Shown piece after piece: positions 31,926-44,382 of a DNA stretch of 64,000 nt. The stretch lies in assembly GCF_037042905.1 (NCBI RefSeq), contig NC_087247.1, positions 26,164,001 to 26,228,000 on the forward strand. The letters are read 5' to 3'. The stretch comes from Lytechinus pictus (taxonomy: Eukaryota). The first letter of the stretch is position 1. The number at the start of each line of letters is the position of its first letter. Position numbers and translations under genes: made by a program. The notes under the pieces were generated by a model. It made no database searches. It was not told where the DNA came from and worked only from the letters and a program-made list of their open reading frames with translations.

Positions 31926-34761
31926 ATTATGTAGGGCACCAGCTTGCACAACTCATATCCATCATACAGTGCCACCTTAAATGTTATGACAAAAAGTGAA
32001 GCCAAAGAAGAGGTGATACTGACCCATTTTATTGTAGAATATATCATCTTGTGATAGAAAGTGACAATATGTGTTACCTATGAGTTATCAAGTTTTAATG
32101 CTTTGTGTGTTTCTGTATATATACATATTTTGGTTTATACGTGTATGTACTTATCATGTATTTACATCTAAAAATATCTTCCACTGCCAATATTCCAACC
32201 ATGGAATATTGTAAATTCAGGTATTGATATGATTTGTTATGGGCTAGTGTGTAAAAAAATCAAGTATTTCAAATAATCATGAAAGTTATACTAAATGTAA
32301 TTGGACATATATTTTTGATAACCACGGTGTGCCTAACTGCATTATGATAATCAGTATTAAATAGAATAACTGAACACAGAGTTCAGCCTTTATATCACTC
32401 AGTTATGTTAAGAATTAAACAAATATATGATTGACATTCAGTATGCAGAGATTGATAATACTGTTCAGGTGAATATATGAGTTTATTTTGTGAAGTATGT
32501 TTGATGGTTAAATGGGTTTGTCTGGTTATCAGCACTTTTGTAGGACATGTGCATTCTCTCAATATTTGTTTGATATTTTTGTTCATTCATGCTGTGAAGT
32601 TTCTTCTTTGGTGTCTGGTTTAAGGTTTAGATTTGTTGTCATTTTTTTTCTTCATTTATTTCATTGATTTATTTAATTATTCATGAAATATAAAAATACA
32701 AAAGTCTCATGTGAGTACCTCATACCCCCCTCTAAATATCTAAGAACAAACCTTACATTACACACAAGTGTCACTAGAATAGGATTCTTTGGGATAAAAA
32801 TAATTTTGGGAAATGTTAGTAATGGTTAATGACGATTTGGGGTTCTTATAATCATGGAAACTAGAGTTAAAAAGAAAATTTGAAATTTTATGGCCAGGTT
32901 GGCAAATTACACTCAAACAAATAAACAAAATAAGCAATATTAGAAATATTCACAGTATATTCATTTATGATCTTAATGACTGAAGAATAGTGAAATGTGG
33001 AGTAATTGACTCTTTCATGCATTATCATGACATAAAAATGATTTAAGTAAATTTCCCATTGAGATGCATTTGTTTTGATATCTTAGAATAGTGAATGTTC
33101 TTTGTTATTCCATAGATTATCATGTAACAAACAGCATATGATTTTATGATTCAATGAATTTTCAGAATGGCTTTGGATGGTTTTCACTTCAACAAGTTAC
33201 AAAAAGGATATTTTTTATTTTTCATTTAAGTGGCAACTGGTCGTTGGAAACTTGAAACATCAGATATTTCAAAGAATACCATTATGAAGTTGAGGGTTTC
33301 ATCATAACAGATGTACTGGATATCAAATTATTTTCTGGAATTTCCAAAAGCTCATTCCCCCAGTTTATTGATGAAGCAGCTCATTCACCCACCAGAGATG
33401 TGGAAATGGGACCCCACCTATCCAAGAAGAGGGTCCTTTTTAAGGGGTGTGGATATATTGAGGGTTTAATATGCTTTTAGCATTACTTACATGGAAATTG
33501 AGTTTTAATATTTTGAATTTATAATGTACATTCATTCTCCATCTATGTTCATCATTATATGTCTAGTTGTATGTAAGTCTTCCATTCTAATTAATGTACA
33601 CTGTCTTTCGGCAGCTAAGGTGTCAAGTATGAAATGATTGTGATATATTTTGTCAAAGGGTATAGTTTAAGTCTTCTGTAAGGTCATATGTTTAGGCACG
33701 TGAAATAAATGAGGTAGGGAAAATATTTGATTGCTCAGAATTTTTCATTGGGTGTTGTGATAGCGTTAAAGTTATTAGCGCATACATGCGTGTCGAGCAG
33801 TGTGCTTACACACATTGCTTTGTGTTGCCAATGGAGAGTTTGATTAATTCTGCTATTTAAATAGAAATTGGTCCCGTTTCTTAAAACTTGTTACAAAAAA
33901 TTTTCATTAACGTTTAAAGCTACAGAAATCTTTCAGTTTGATTGGCTGATATTAAACTTGTTAAAGAAATTGTGCAATTGTTATTATAAAAATTCTTCAT
34001 GAAACCAGACCCTGATATTTGAAGATTGAAATTGGAAGATATCATAGCAAGACAAAATTTAACAGATTTCCATATATGTCTAATGATTTAGGTTGTGACT
34101 TTCATGTTTTCCTCTCATGTCTTCCGCTCCACCAAACAAAATAATATGGTAATGAAAAATATGACAGAGGCCTTATTTTTCCAATTCATATTGTATTGAT
34201 ATTGTTTTCAAAATCATCAAAATGTCAGGAGCCTGACATTTGAAGTGCACTTAATAGCAAAAAACAAATTGAAATAAATATCCATCTAGGGTCTGTTTCA
34301 TAAAGACTTATGACTATTGTAACTTTCATGGAATCCTTTATTGTGATTGGCCATTGAGCCCTGTTTCCATGGTAGTTGCTTTAATGTCAAAGTTTACACA
34401 GTTTTCACTCTTTATGGAATGGGCCCCTGGCCTTTGGTTTTCCTCTTCCGCATTTCTTGACTCTCGTGTTGATGTGAAAAAAAAATGAATTCAATAGTAA
34501 TGTGCTTGTGATTTCATGCTGGTCAGTCTCATGCTATTCATTCTTATACGTTGCATTCTACATTGTTCAAAGTGGTGATGGGGGGGGGGGGGTGGGTCTT
34601 AATCCTTTTTGGACACATACACACAGCACCAAGGTTATGGAATAATTGTTATTATTTTTATCTGCAGTGTAATTTTTTGGTAATAAATAAAACATTTACT
34701 TTTACAAGAAATGCATTTTGTTCTGATTTCTGCTTGCATTAACTTATCAGGGGGTATTAGC

Positions 34762-34957
34762 CGGTTCCAAGACATTTGCTCCGGCGACAATTGCTCCACT
34801 GTATGCCTAACACTAATGGAATGACCAAATTAAATCTTAGACCTAACAATATACCCTATCCTAAACCCAACACAAAGCCATATTGCAACCCTAACCCTAT
34901 ATCTCAGACAAAATAAAGCCTGGAGCAATTGTCGCCAGAGCAAATGTTGTATCACCA
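34762..34957. mobile_element. Short TIR element with internal cctaac-like repeats
   Basis: gacatttgctccggcgacaattgctcc / ggagcaattgtcgccagagcaaatgtt inverted ends. Confidence 0.65.
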
Positions 34958-35355
34958 TTTTCTCCACCGGGGGGGGGGGGGGGGGATTATCCATTATTTG
35001 TCTGCAGAGGGTATCTGTCCAAGGGAACTTGTCTGAGGTTACCTGTCCAAGGGGTACTTGATCTTGAGAGTACTTGTCCTGGGGCATCCTGGAAGGTAGT
35101 TGTTCAAGGGGATGATTAGCTGTATGGGGGGGGGGGGGGTGATAGTGATCCTTGAGGATAATAATTACAAGGGTGTTTGATACTGTCCTCTAGTGGGTAT
35201 TATATACAGTATGACATTTTTTTTGCAAATGAGATAGTCAATGACATGAAGTTGAATGAATGATTCTTTATTTCGTTTCAATTCCGATATCAAACAACAA
35301 TAATAACAACAGCAAATTATTGGGATACAAGTAAATAGCAAAGAACAAAGTCAAA

Positions 35356-37000
35356 TGTATCCAGAATCATTATGTCTTCGGCTACTAAATCCTCCCGACT
35401 TGACCCCATTCCTACATGGTTTTTTAAAGAAAACATTGTTCATTTATTACCATTGCTCACAAATGTAATCAATCAATCTCTTTCTACAGGTATTTTCCCT
35501 GATCAAGCACATTCAGCAATCATCAAACCTTTTTTGAAGAAATCAGGGTTGGATGTAAATGACATCAGTAATTATAGACCGGTCTCAAACTTAACATTTC
35601 TAGGTAAACTCATCGAGAAGGCGGCATGTACTCAACTAGCTGATCATATTGAATCTAATAATATTTTTGATCCTCTCCAATCTGCCTATAGGCCAGGTCA
35701 CAGCACCGAGTCAGCTCTGATCAAAGTAAAAAATGATATCATGTTTTCTCTCGACTCAAATAATGTAGTTTTTATGGTGCTGTTAGATTTATCTGCCGCG
35801 TTTGATACAATAGATCATAACATTTTCATATCTCGGTTATTCAATAGAATAGGCGTTAGGTCCAAAGTCTTATCCTGGTTCCAATCATACCTGTCTGGAT
35901 GGACTTCGCAAGTTGATATTGATGGCACATTGTCAAATCCCATAACTCTAGAATTTGGACTCCCTCAGGGGTCAATAGTCGGACCCATAGGCTACTCAAT
36001 ATATACTCTTCCAGTTGGTGATATCATCCGAAATCACTGTATCAATTATCATTTTTATGCTGACGACATACAATTATACGTTTCTTTTGATCCGAAGACC
36101 CCTGGAGCTCTCAATAATGCACTGGTTAAACTCCAGAATTGTATATCAGATATAAGACAGTGGATGATAGTGAATAAGCTAAAATTAAATGAAAAAAAAA
36201 CTGAATTTTTTGTTGCGGCCTCTACTTATAACTTGCGCAATCTTCCAAATGTTCAACTTGATGTTGATGGTACACTCTTAAGACCATCAGAAAAAATAAG
36301 AAACCTTGGTGTCATATTTGATTCCCGCATGTCAATGTCGTACCATATCTCTCATATCTGTAGCACAGTCACTTTTTATTTAAGGGACATTTCTAGAACC
36401 AGAAGGTTCATTGACCAGTCTGCCTGTCACAATGCTGTTCGTTCATTGGTTCTGTCTCGTATTGATTATTGCAATGGGCTCCTTTCTACAATTCCCTCTA
36501 ATCAATTAATTCGTATTCAACGACTACAAAATTGGGCAGCACGATTAATTTTACAGGTTTCCCGAGATCATCCTTCCCAACCACTCTTTAATTCTCTTCA
36601 CTGGCTTCCTTTTAAACAGAGAATTACGTTCAAATTACTCTTGATTGTCTACAAAACACTGAATAAACAGGCTCCACAGTATTTAAGTAACTGCTTGAAT
36701 CTGTATACACCAACTAGAGCACTTAGGTCGGCCAGTGATCACCTTCGCCTCACATATTCATTAACTCGTACATTAGCTGGTGACAGAACTTTTACAGTAT
36801 CGGCTTCAAAATCCTGGAACGACCTGCCACTTATAATTAGACAGTCTCCAACATTAGCAATTTTCAAAAAGTCATTAAAAACTCATCTCTTTCGTACTTT
36901 GTAGTTTTTAAAATATTACATTTAATTAATTCATTGTAAGCGCTTTGGGCCTAATGGGAAAAGCGCAGTACAAATAATAAGTAATAATAATAATAATAAC
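35356..37000 (+). mobile_element. 5'-truncated L2-clade LINE; the reverse transcriptase ORF 35372-36904 is still open
   Basis: NYRPVSNL, QSAYRPGHSTE, LLDLSAAFDTIDH, GLPQGSIVGP, HFYADDIQLY, LHWLP. Short 3' UTR with an aagcgcttt...aaaagcgc stem and a (TAA)n tail. Confidence 0.92.
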
Positions 37001-37847
37001 AATAGTAAATAATTTCAGGATATTTACAGGATAATATACATAATACATGCATTACTTTTTATGGAACATTAGTAACACCCATGAGAAGAGATGGAAATGA
37101 AACGTGGTGACCTACTAAGAAGCTTAGCTTGTGGGCCATAGGCCACCAGAATGTTAAAAACTTACATTAGCAATCATTTTAAAACATCATAGAACAAGCA
37201 AACAAAAAATTGGAGTAAATAACCAAAGTACAGATATACATATTTACAAAAGATACACTAAAAAGTAACAAAAAGGTGAAATGCAGAATGCAAGCATACT
37301 ATTAGACCTAAAGTATAAGAATCTGAAATTCGAAAAGAAGAAAGAAAGAAAAGAGGAAAAATAAAGAAAATAGGCAGAGCTCTATTTTTGCATAGATAAT
37401 TGTGGGAAGAATACAATTTATAAAGTTAGACGAGATATAACAAGCAGGCATTTGTTTACTGATCTAAGTATTTCTTCAGTAAATCGGTCTTTAACTTGTT
37501 TCTAAAAACACTAAGGCTAACTGATTGCTTCAATGAAGAAGGAAGGGAGTTCCATAATTTTGGCCCTGTATAAACAAATGTATTTAGCCGAAAACTAGTT
37601 TTGACCAATGGCAAGTGGAGAAAAGAAACTTGTCTTGTATAGTAAGAATGGATTTGGTCATTTCTAACACATAATGAATCAAGGGCAAGTGGAAGTTCTC
37701 TTTTATTTAATTGATACATAATGCAACCAAGGTTGAGATAAAATATGTCATGTAAATTAAGGAACTTGTTTTCATAAAACAAAATATTAGCGTGAGATCG
37801 TGAACTTACTCCACATACTAGTCTAAGTACCCTTTTCTGGACTTTAA

Positions 37848-38780
37848 GGACGTTCCACAGTTATGTTTGTGCGCATTATGATCTGCGCATAGTTTACACT
37901 GCGCGCTGACGTCACAATGGATGAACAGGTGATTAATTAGCTGCGGGTATGTGCTGATTTTTCTCATCTTCTGCTCTTTAACTGCAGATTCGATGCGTTA
38001 TTTCATGAAGCTAAAAATTGAATTATTCCATGGACCATTCAAAAAAAGATTCTCTCCAATTTAAAAATACTTTACTCTGCAGTGCTGCCAAGAATCACGA
38101 ATATTACCCCGAGTTTGAATAAATGGTAGAGTGGTTTTGATTTTTTCTTCACATAGATACAAAGCATTCGGCGCATTTTTGGTGTTTTAAAAAGCACATT
38201 TGCTCTAATAAAAATACTGATAGTTTAAAAACAAGCACATGAACCCCTAATTTTTAATGTTTGTTCCTCTTAGGTTTACCTTCCTCTACAACTCTACAAA
38301 TTTTGGTGAAAATGACATGGATTTTGAATAAAGTGCAGCATTTATTGTACTTTTGTAGTTTGTTACTGAAATTTCACATTTTTTAGATTGGGATTTTGTT
38401 ATCTTTTACGCCATTTTTAAGAACTGACAGTGCTGTTAAACTTAAAATTGCAAACGAATAGCACTATAAACATATTCTCCATTCTAACGATACAATTATT
38501 AACTCTCTTGCGAAATTTGATGACTTTTTCATGTATTTTGACAGAGTAATAGAGGTCTAAACTCATTGTAGTAATCTTGGGCGGTCTAAAAATGTCAAAT
38601 TCTTTTGAATGCGCAATTCTTAAGAACATCAATTTGGGTGAACTTTGAAGTTCTATAGCAAAAAATCAAGCACATGGACCTATGTTAATTTTTGTATATT
38701 TCGAATATTAAGGTTCTAAAGTATCTATGTGCAAAGTGTGGTGAAAATGACATGGATTTCACTTTAACTGTGGAACGTCC
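37848..38780. mobile_element. Non-autonomous TTAA-target DNA transposon (Kolobok-like)
   Basis: Perfect 16 bp TIRs ggacgttccacagtta / taactgtggaacgtcc, with TTAA on both sides (37844-37847 and 38781-38784). Removing it restores the LINE frame HLDGLFKVQKRVLRL. Confidence 0.88.
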
Positions 38781-39704
38781 TTAAATAACCCATCTAAATG
38801 AACTTTAGCAGCGTTACCCCAGGCAAGGATGCAATAATTCAAGTAAGGCAAAATGAGAGTTGTGTACAACATGCATAAAATATTTTTGGGAATATACTCT
38901 TCAATGAATTAATGACTCCTGAATTTCTGGAAAGAAGTTTACATAAATAGGATATGTGAACTTTCCAGTTCAGTATCAATGTGTACCCCAAGGAATTTTG
39001 TACTCAAGATTTCAGTAATCTGAATATCACTGATTGTAATATTATCTGGCAATGTTGCTAGGGTGTTGCTGAATAACATGTAGTTTGTTTTATCTGAATT
39101 GATAGTTTGCAATAAATTGCAGGGGTTCTTTTCAGAAAAAAATATGCTTGAGTCATCTGCAAACAGCATAAATGAAAGGAATTTTGATGACTGAGGGAAA
39201 TCATTAATATATATGAGAAATAAGATAGGTCCAAGGAGTGAACCTTGTGGCACTCCACATGTAATTGACTGCAAGGGAGACTTAACACCATTTAAAAATA
39301 CAAACTGTTTTCTATAAGAGAGGTAGCTCTTGAACCACTCCAAAGCCTTACCCCGGAATCCATAGAAAGAGTTCTCGATTGAATCAATGATTACAGTAAT
39401 AGCAATAATGTATGTACATAGCAGTCAACCTCATTTCATATTATTAAAAGAAAAAAATGACACTGCTATATTTCATTATGAAATACACAGGGGCAGCACC
39501 ATAGTAGAGGAAATTTCTTTTTCTCAAAGTAATGATAGGGGTGTACAGAGTGCACAATCCAGACCTCTCTTTTAAATTTGTTAATTTTCCTTCCTCTTTT
39601 TTTGTGTGCCCCTTCCTATTTGTTCCTCTTTTTACTTCTCCTTCTCACTACTATAACGAAAAGAATGTAGGGGCTATTTCCCCAATCCCGTAGCACTGCA
39701 TGCC

Positions 39705-40237
39705 CCCGGAGGGGGGGGGGGGCACTTCCATTGACGAGTGAATACCATGAGATCTCAAAAAGCACCCTAAACACGTATTTACCATATTCTGAAATGCACC
39801 CCTTAAATTGGCGTGTGTACCCTACCCTTGATAAGTATTGGAAACAAAACGATACTGCAAGTATTCCCTGAATTGAACCCCTAAACAAGTTCAGCGATAT
39901 TTCAATTATGTCTCGGTCGTCGGTTTTACCTTTACCTACTACATCATTGGGTTTAATACAGCCCCAATTGCGCCAATCGTAGTGTTGACTCTTGGGCAAA
40001 AAATACATCCTTTATAAAACATTTGACTTGATTTTTTATACCCTCGCAAATTTGACCCTAAACACGTAGCTTTCCTATCGAAAATAGATACCCTTTTTTC
40101 ATTATTTTAGTGCTTTTGACACTCTTATTACGTTACGTACGTAACGTGCCCTATCTTGAAAAAGACATCCTTTTTACGTGCTTTTTTTTGGTCGCGCATG
40201 GTATCCACCCGTCAATGTAAGTGCCCCCACCCCCGGG
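39705..40237. mobile_element. CCCGG-terminus non-autonomous DNA transposon related to 7618-8884, in the opposite orientation
   Basis: TIRs with ccattgacgagtgaataccatg / catggtatccacccgtcaatg, and an 8 bp TSD tgcatgcc (39697-39704 and 40238-40245). Confidence 0.85.
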
Positions 40238-41059
40238 TGCATGCCCCTAAAAATGTAGAATGACATCATCATTATTGACATCATCGGCTTCTAATTTGCA
40301 TAGTCCCAATGTAGCCATATCGATATTATGTGAAATTACTCAATGCTTCAAAATATTATTACTTTCTCATTTTATGACTGTTTTTGATGAAACTTGCAAT
40401 GAAATATGCTTGTTTTCTAATCTTCCAATCTTTCATGACAATACTGAGTTTGGATAATGACTGTTTTGTGAGTCATTCAGCTCAAAATAGGAATAAATCT
40501 TTTGAGCCGTTGTTTGACAACTAGTCTTGTCATAATGATCATAACCAATCTGCCCTGATTAATTAAACTACTGTACTATCGAAAGAAATACTCTCATAAA
40601 TGAAACGTAATAAATTATGTCTTACCGAACACTTCCTAGGGGCTTTCATTCACCTATATAGGTATGTTTGTTTTCAACATATAGGTATGTTTGTTTTCAA
40701 CTTCATGCACTCTATTACCATAAGTTTAATTTACAACCCGCATTCAGTACAAGTATACGGAATGGAAACATTTTTTCAGGAAATCGAGACTTATACAGCT
40801 GTAAGCCTGTCGATCCCGCTAAGCAGGAATTCATGTTTCTATAGTATTAATTTTCTTGTGTGTATATTTCGGTAAAACATCCCTTATTTCATAAGGAGTG
40901 GGAAGAGCCTAGGATGAATACTAGTAATGCTGTAGTATTGAAAGAAGAAATGATGTATTATGGCAATAATGCATGAATTGTTAAGATAGTAATAGTAGTG
41001 TAGTAGTATAGTGGTAGTAGTAGTAGTAGTATTGGCATTATTTTAATTGTCTTTTCTCT

Positions 41060-41436
41060 ATGCATGATAATCGGAAGCAATTTCTGATCATGAAATTGTA
41101 TTAAACGAGCCTGAGCAGATCGCTAATTGTTTCTCTGATTATTTTGTATCTGTTTTTTTTAATCAATCTGGTATTGTTCCCGACTTGCCTATAGTGTTTG
41201 TGATCTTCCTATTGATGCCTTGAATAATCTTGATTTCCCTATTGACGAGATTATGAATCACATTAATAATTTACTTTTGAATAAGGTAAAAAAAAATGTA
41301 CTTCTGTCGAAACTTTCAAAAATCTTCTAAAAAACTTTTTTTTATTTATCTCTTAGCTCTTTATGCGCCTTGAGCACTCTACAGAGTGGATTTGGCGCTT
41401 TATAAGTCACATTATTATAAGTATTAGTATTATTAC

Positions 41437-41467
<31 letters not shown>

Positions 41468-41930
41468 GATGGGATAACTGCTGTTATCCTTAAGAAAGTG
41501 AAAGAGCCAATTTCCATGGTACTTCAACGCCTATTCCAAATTTCACTTTCTAAAGGTGAGCTACCCAGGGCAGACAATGGAAATAATCAATTGTGATTCC
41601 TGTGATTTTTGGAATTATCGCCCAGTGGCGCTTACTTCGATTATTTGCAAAATAATGGAAACTTTTGTTGATATAGTGAAGTATATTGACTCATATGGTG
41701 TACTTTTGGGAAAATGCAGTTGCCATTTTAATACTTGTGTTCTTATATCAGTGGAAGATATTCTGTATTCTATTGAATAGGAAAATTAAGAAAGTTCCTA
41801 TTTCTGGAACTTTCTTATCAATTTGTTCCAATAATTTTTTGATGTCTGGCAGGTATGATATAGGCCAACATTATTTGCATGATCTGGTTATGAAAAATTG
41901 CTTCGACATGATTCAAATGTCAACTTAATA
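41060..41930 (+). pseudogene. Highly decayed CR1-like reverse transcriptase remnant, interrupted by an L2-type 3' tail (~41345-41468)
   Basis: Fragments IANCFSDYFVSVF, DGITAVILKK..EPISMVL..LFQISLSKGELP and NYRPVALTSIICKIME in shifting frames. The inserted gcgccttgag...ggcgctttataag(tta)n is tail-like. Confidence 0.65.
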
Positions 41931-43189
41931 GAGAAAGTCAACGTATGTAAGTTTACCTCCATAAATGAGTCTGATTTACTGGTGTCTTAATGCCACTGCT
42001 GATCGGGAGTAGACTTTTGCGAATAAGCGACCATTTAGATCATGCACCTCACCCCTCAAACGAGGAAATCTTGATTTGAAACTAAAACAATCATTAATAT
42101 ATAACTCAAGTACAGGTCTATACTATATTATTCTGAAATTAGAAAATAAAATCTGCTTTTCAAAATGCGAGAAATGCCTTTCCTCATGACTTGAATACTC
42201 ATTTTGGTGATTCTCATAAATGGAGACACACTATGTAGGTTTCATATTGAAGAAATTTATCTTTTAGGACAGGTATACTATAAAAATAGATGAATATTTA
42301 GGCCTACATGAGAATAAACCCTTGGACTAATACGACTGGGTATGATATTCATACCTGCTTCTACTTTATTTTATTTTTAGTCTTGCGCCAAATCCTTAAC
42401 GTGAAAACCTCGCGCTGTACCTGATCCTGTATTAAAGTCTCACACAACTTATGAGACCAAATTTGGGGCGACGCGGTTCCGGAGAGCGTAACGTTTTTTA
42501 AAAGTGGATATCAGACCCAAGACTGCTGTTTAAAAATGTGATGCATTATAGATCCAATTCAAGTTGCATTTTAGCTTTACCTGTATGACTTAACCTAATA
42601 ATTTTAATGTTGTTTTATATCGGGATAACCTCGCCAATGATTTCCAAAAGCAATAAAACAAAAAGTCTAAAAACAAAGAAATATCAAAGCCTACATAGGA
42701 CAAAAAATATGTTAAAATGATTGTTTAAACCCAATTGAAATGTACAGTATTAATATACTCACTTTAATACAAAGAAGAAGTTTCGTATAGAGGCAAGCTA
42801 ATTTGTACACGTACAATAGCATGCATGAAACGTGTTTAATTTTTTAGGGGGTATTTTTTTATATTTGAATCGGAAAATAAATAATACTACTGGTATCCAA
42901 GAACATTTCGATGTATTCAGTCATACTCTCAATAACTTGAAATCGGATTTTTTTTTCGTAGAATAAAATTCTTTAAGTTTTTGTAAACAACCATTGTTTT
43001 GAGTGCAAAGTTTGTTGTCAAGATCTGATGAGGATTCAAGCGTTTACTCCTATTGTGTTAAATCATTGAAAATCTGGGACAACTTTTTTAGCACAAGAAT
43101 TAAGGAGCTGCACTCGCGCATAAATCTCGAAAGAGCGGATTAAGAAAAGTGCTGAAAATGTTTATCTTCTTCTTTTGTTAGAATTACTC

Positions 43190-43460
43190 AGGGCCTTTTC
43201 ACACGTGAATCTTGAATCATCGCAAGAATCATCGTTATAATGATGATTGTAATTCGTTTTTAGAATCGTACCTTTCACACGCTCTTTCGAAAACTGCATG
43301 TGATCTGAGTGAAACTTAAATGGAAGTCACATCCGAAGGTGAGAATTTGAATTCGTGATTCTGGTTTGGTTTCACACGTGCTAAAAAAAATCGTCATTAG
43401 CCTTATTTTTTTTACTGGAATCATCATTTAAATTAACGATTTTTTACCGTGTGAAAGGGC
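43190..43460. mobile_element. Harbinger-like MITE
   Basis: gggccttttcacacg ... cgtgtgaaagggc termini with internal ttcacac repeats. Confidence 0.55.
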
Positions 43461-44382
43461 GGATAAAGAAATCCCTGACTTGGAATATAATTGTGTGCAA
43501 TTACCTCAGTCGGCTAATCAAACATAATCATGTATATAGCATTTTGTTCCTCACTTTGTTGTGGGGCCCTTTTTTCAGCGGTGGCTGTGACATATTATGT
43601 ATAATAAAGCTGCGTTTTAACCGTGCGCATGTAATCGAGGGGGGGGGGGCACTAATATGAGGACGTTTGGGATCAGGGGCCCATCAGGGGGCAACTTGGG
43701 CTATATTGTGTGCAAGCTAGCCCTATTCTCTGAAGGCTCGGTAAAGTATTTCGGGAATAAAATTCTGTGGGCAGAGAGCTTGGAGTTGAAAAATGCAAGC
43801 GGCTCCCACATTACTTTCATGCTATATCTTATTCAGATCCACGTTCGAAAAAAAGCAATCACACACCCTCGTGTGAAAAATACCCTTCCCTCGACTTTCA
43901 AGAGCGAAAGAATAACCTTAAATGAAGGAAAGTTAACTGCAATCAATTCAGTGGATTCAGAAAATGGAAGTTCTAGTATAAAACGTTGGAGTGTAACTGG
44001 TTGTACATATATAGATTCAGTTACAATATGAGGGACAGACACGACCCCAAAAGTCACGTTTTGGGCTTGCCTTTCTTCCCCCTTTTCTTATCTTTTCTCC
44101 TTGTTTTCACTAGCCACAGCAAAATCGTAGGCGTGAGCCCCTTTATGCGGCGCCGGATTGTAACGTTTGTCATTGTTCACCGCGTCCAGATTTGACGCTT
44201 GGTTGTACAATTGCGTATACATGAAACGATTCAATACGAAATCAATGCCATTCACTGAATTTCTTTATAGCTTTCTATTGTACTTCAACTGTGTCTTATT
44301 CTAGCAGCTATTCTGAAGAAAAAAACCCATGCAGTCTCAATAACATAACCATTCAAGTTACTCTCCGTCTTCACTTGAAACG

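Larger units (their letters stand above)
35253..39375 (-). mobile_element. 5'-truncated, decayed CR1/L2-group LINE hosting two later insertions
   Basis: RT fragments YGFRGKALEWFKSYL, GVPQGSLLGPILF and LFADDS (38939-39375), and C-terminal GPKLWNSLP (37456-37782). The 3' UTR runs 37455-37000 and apparently resumes at about 35355-35253 with AATAAA and a cattca tail. Confidence 0.75.

Noticed and set aside
34830-34905. cctaac/ccctaa repeats suggesting an interstitial telomere
   Set aside because: The repeats are degenerate and enclosed by the TIRs of a short element.
43657-44195. ORFs of 69-124 aa upstream of APEH
   Set aside because: They have no recognisable motifs or splice-consistent structure and are probably promoter-proximal non-coding or repeat sequence.
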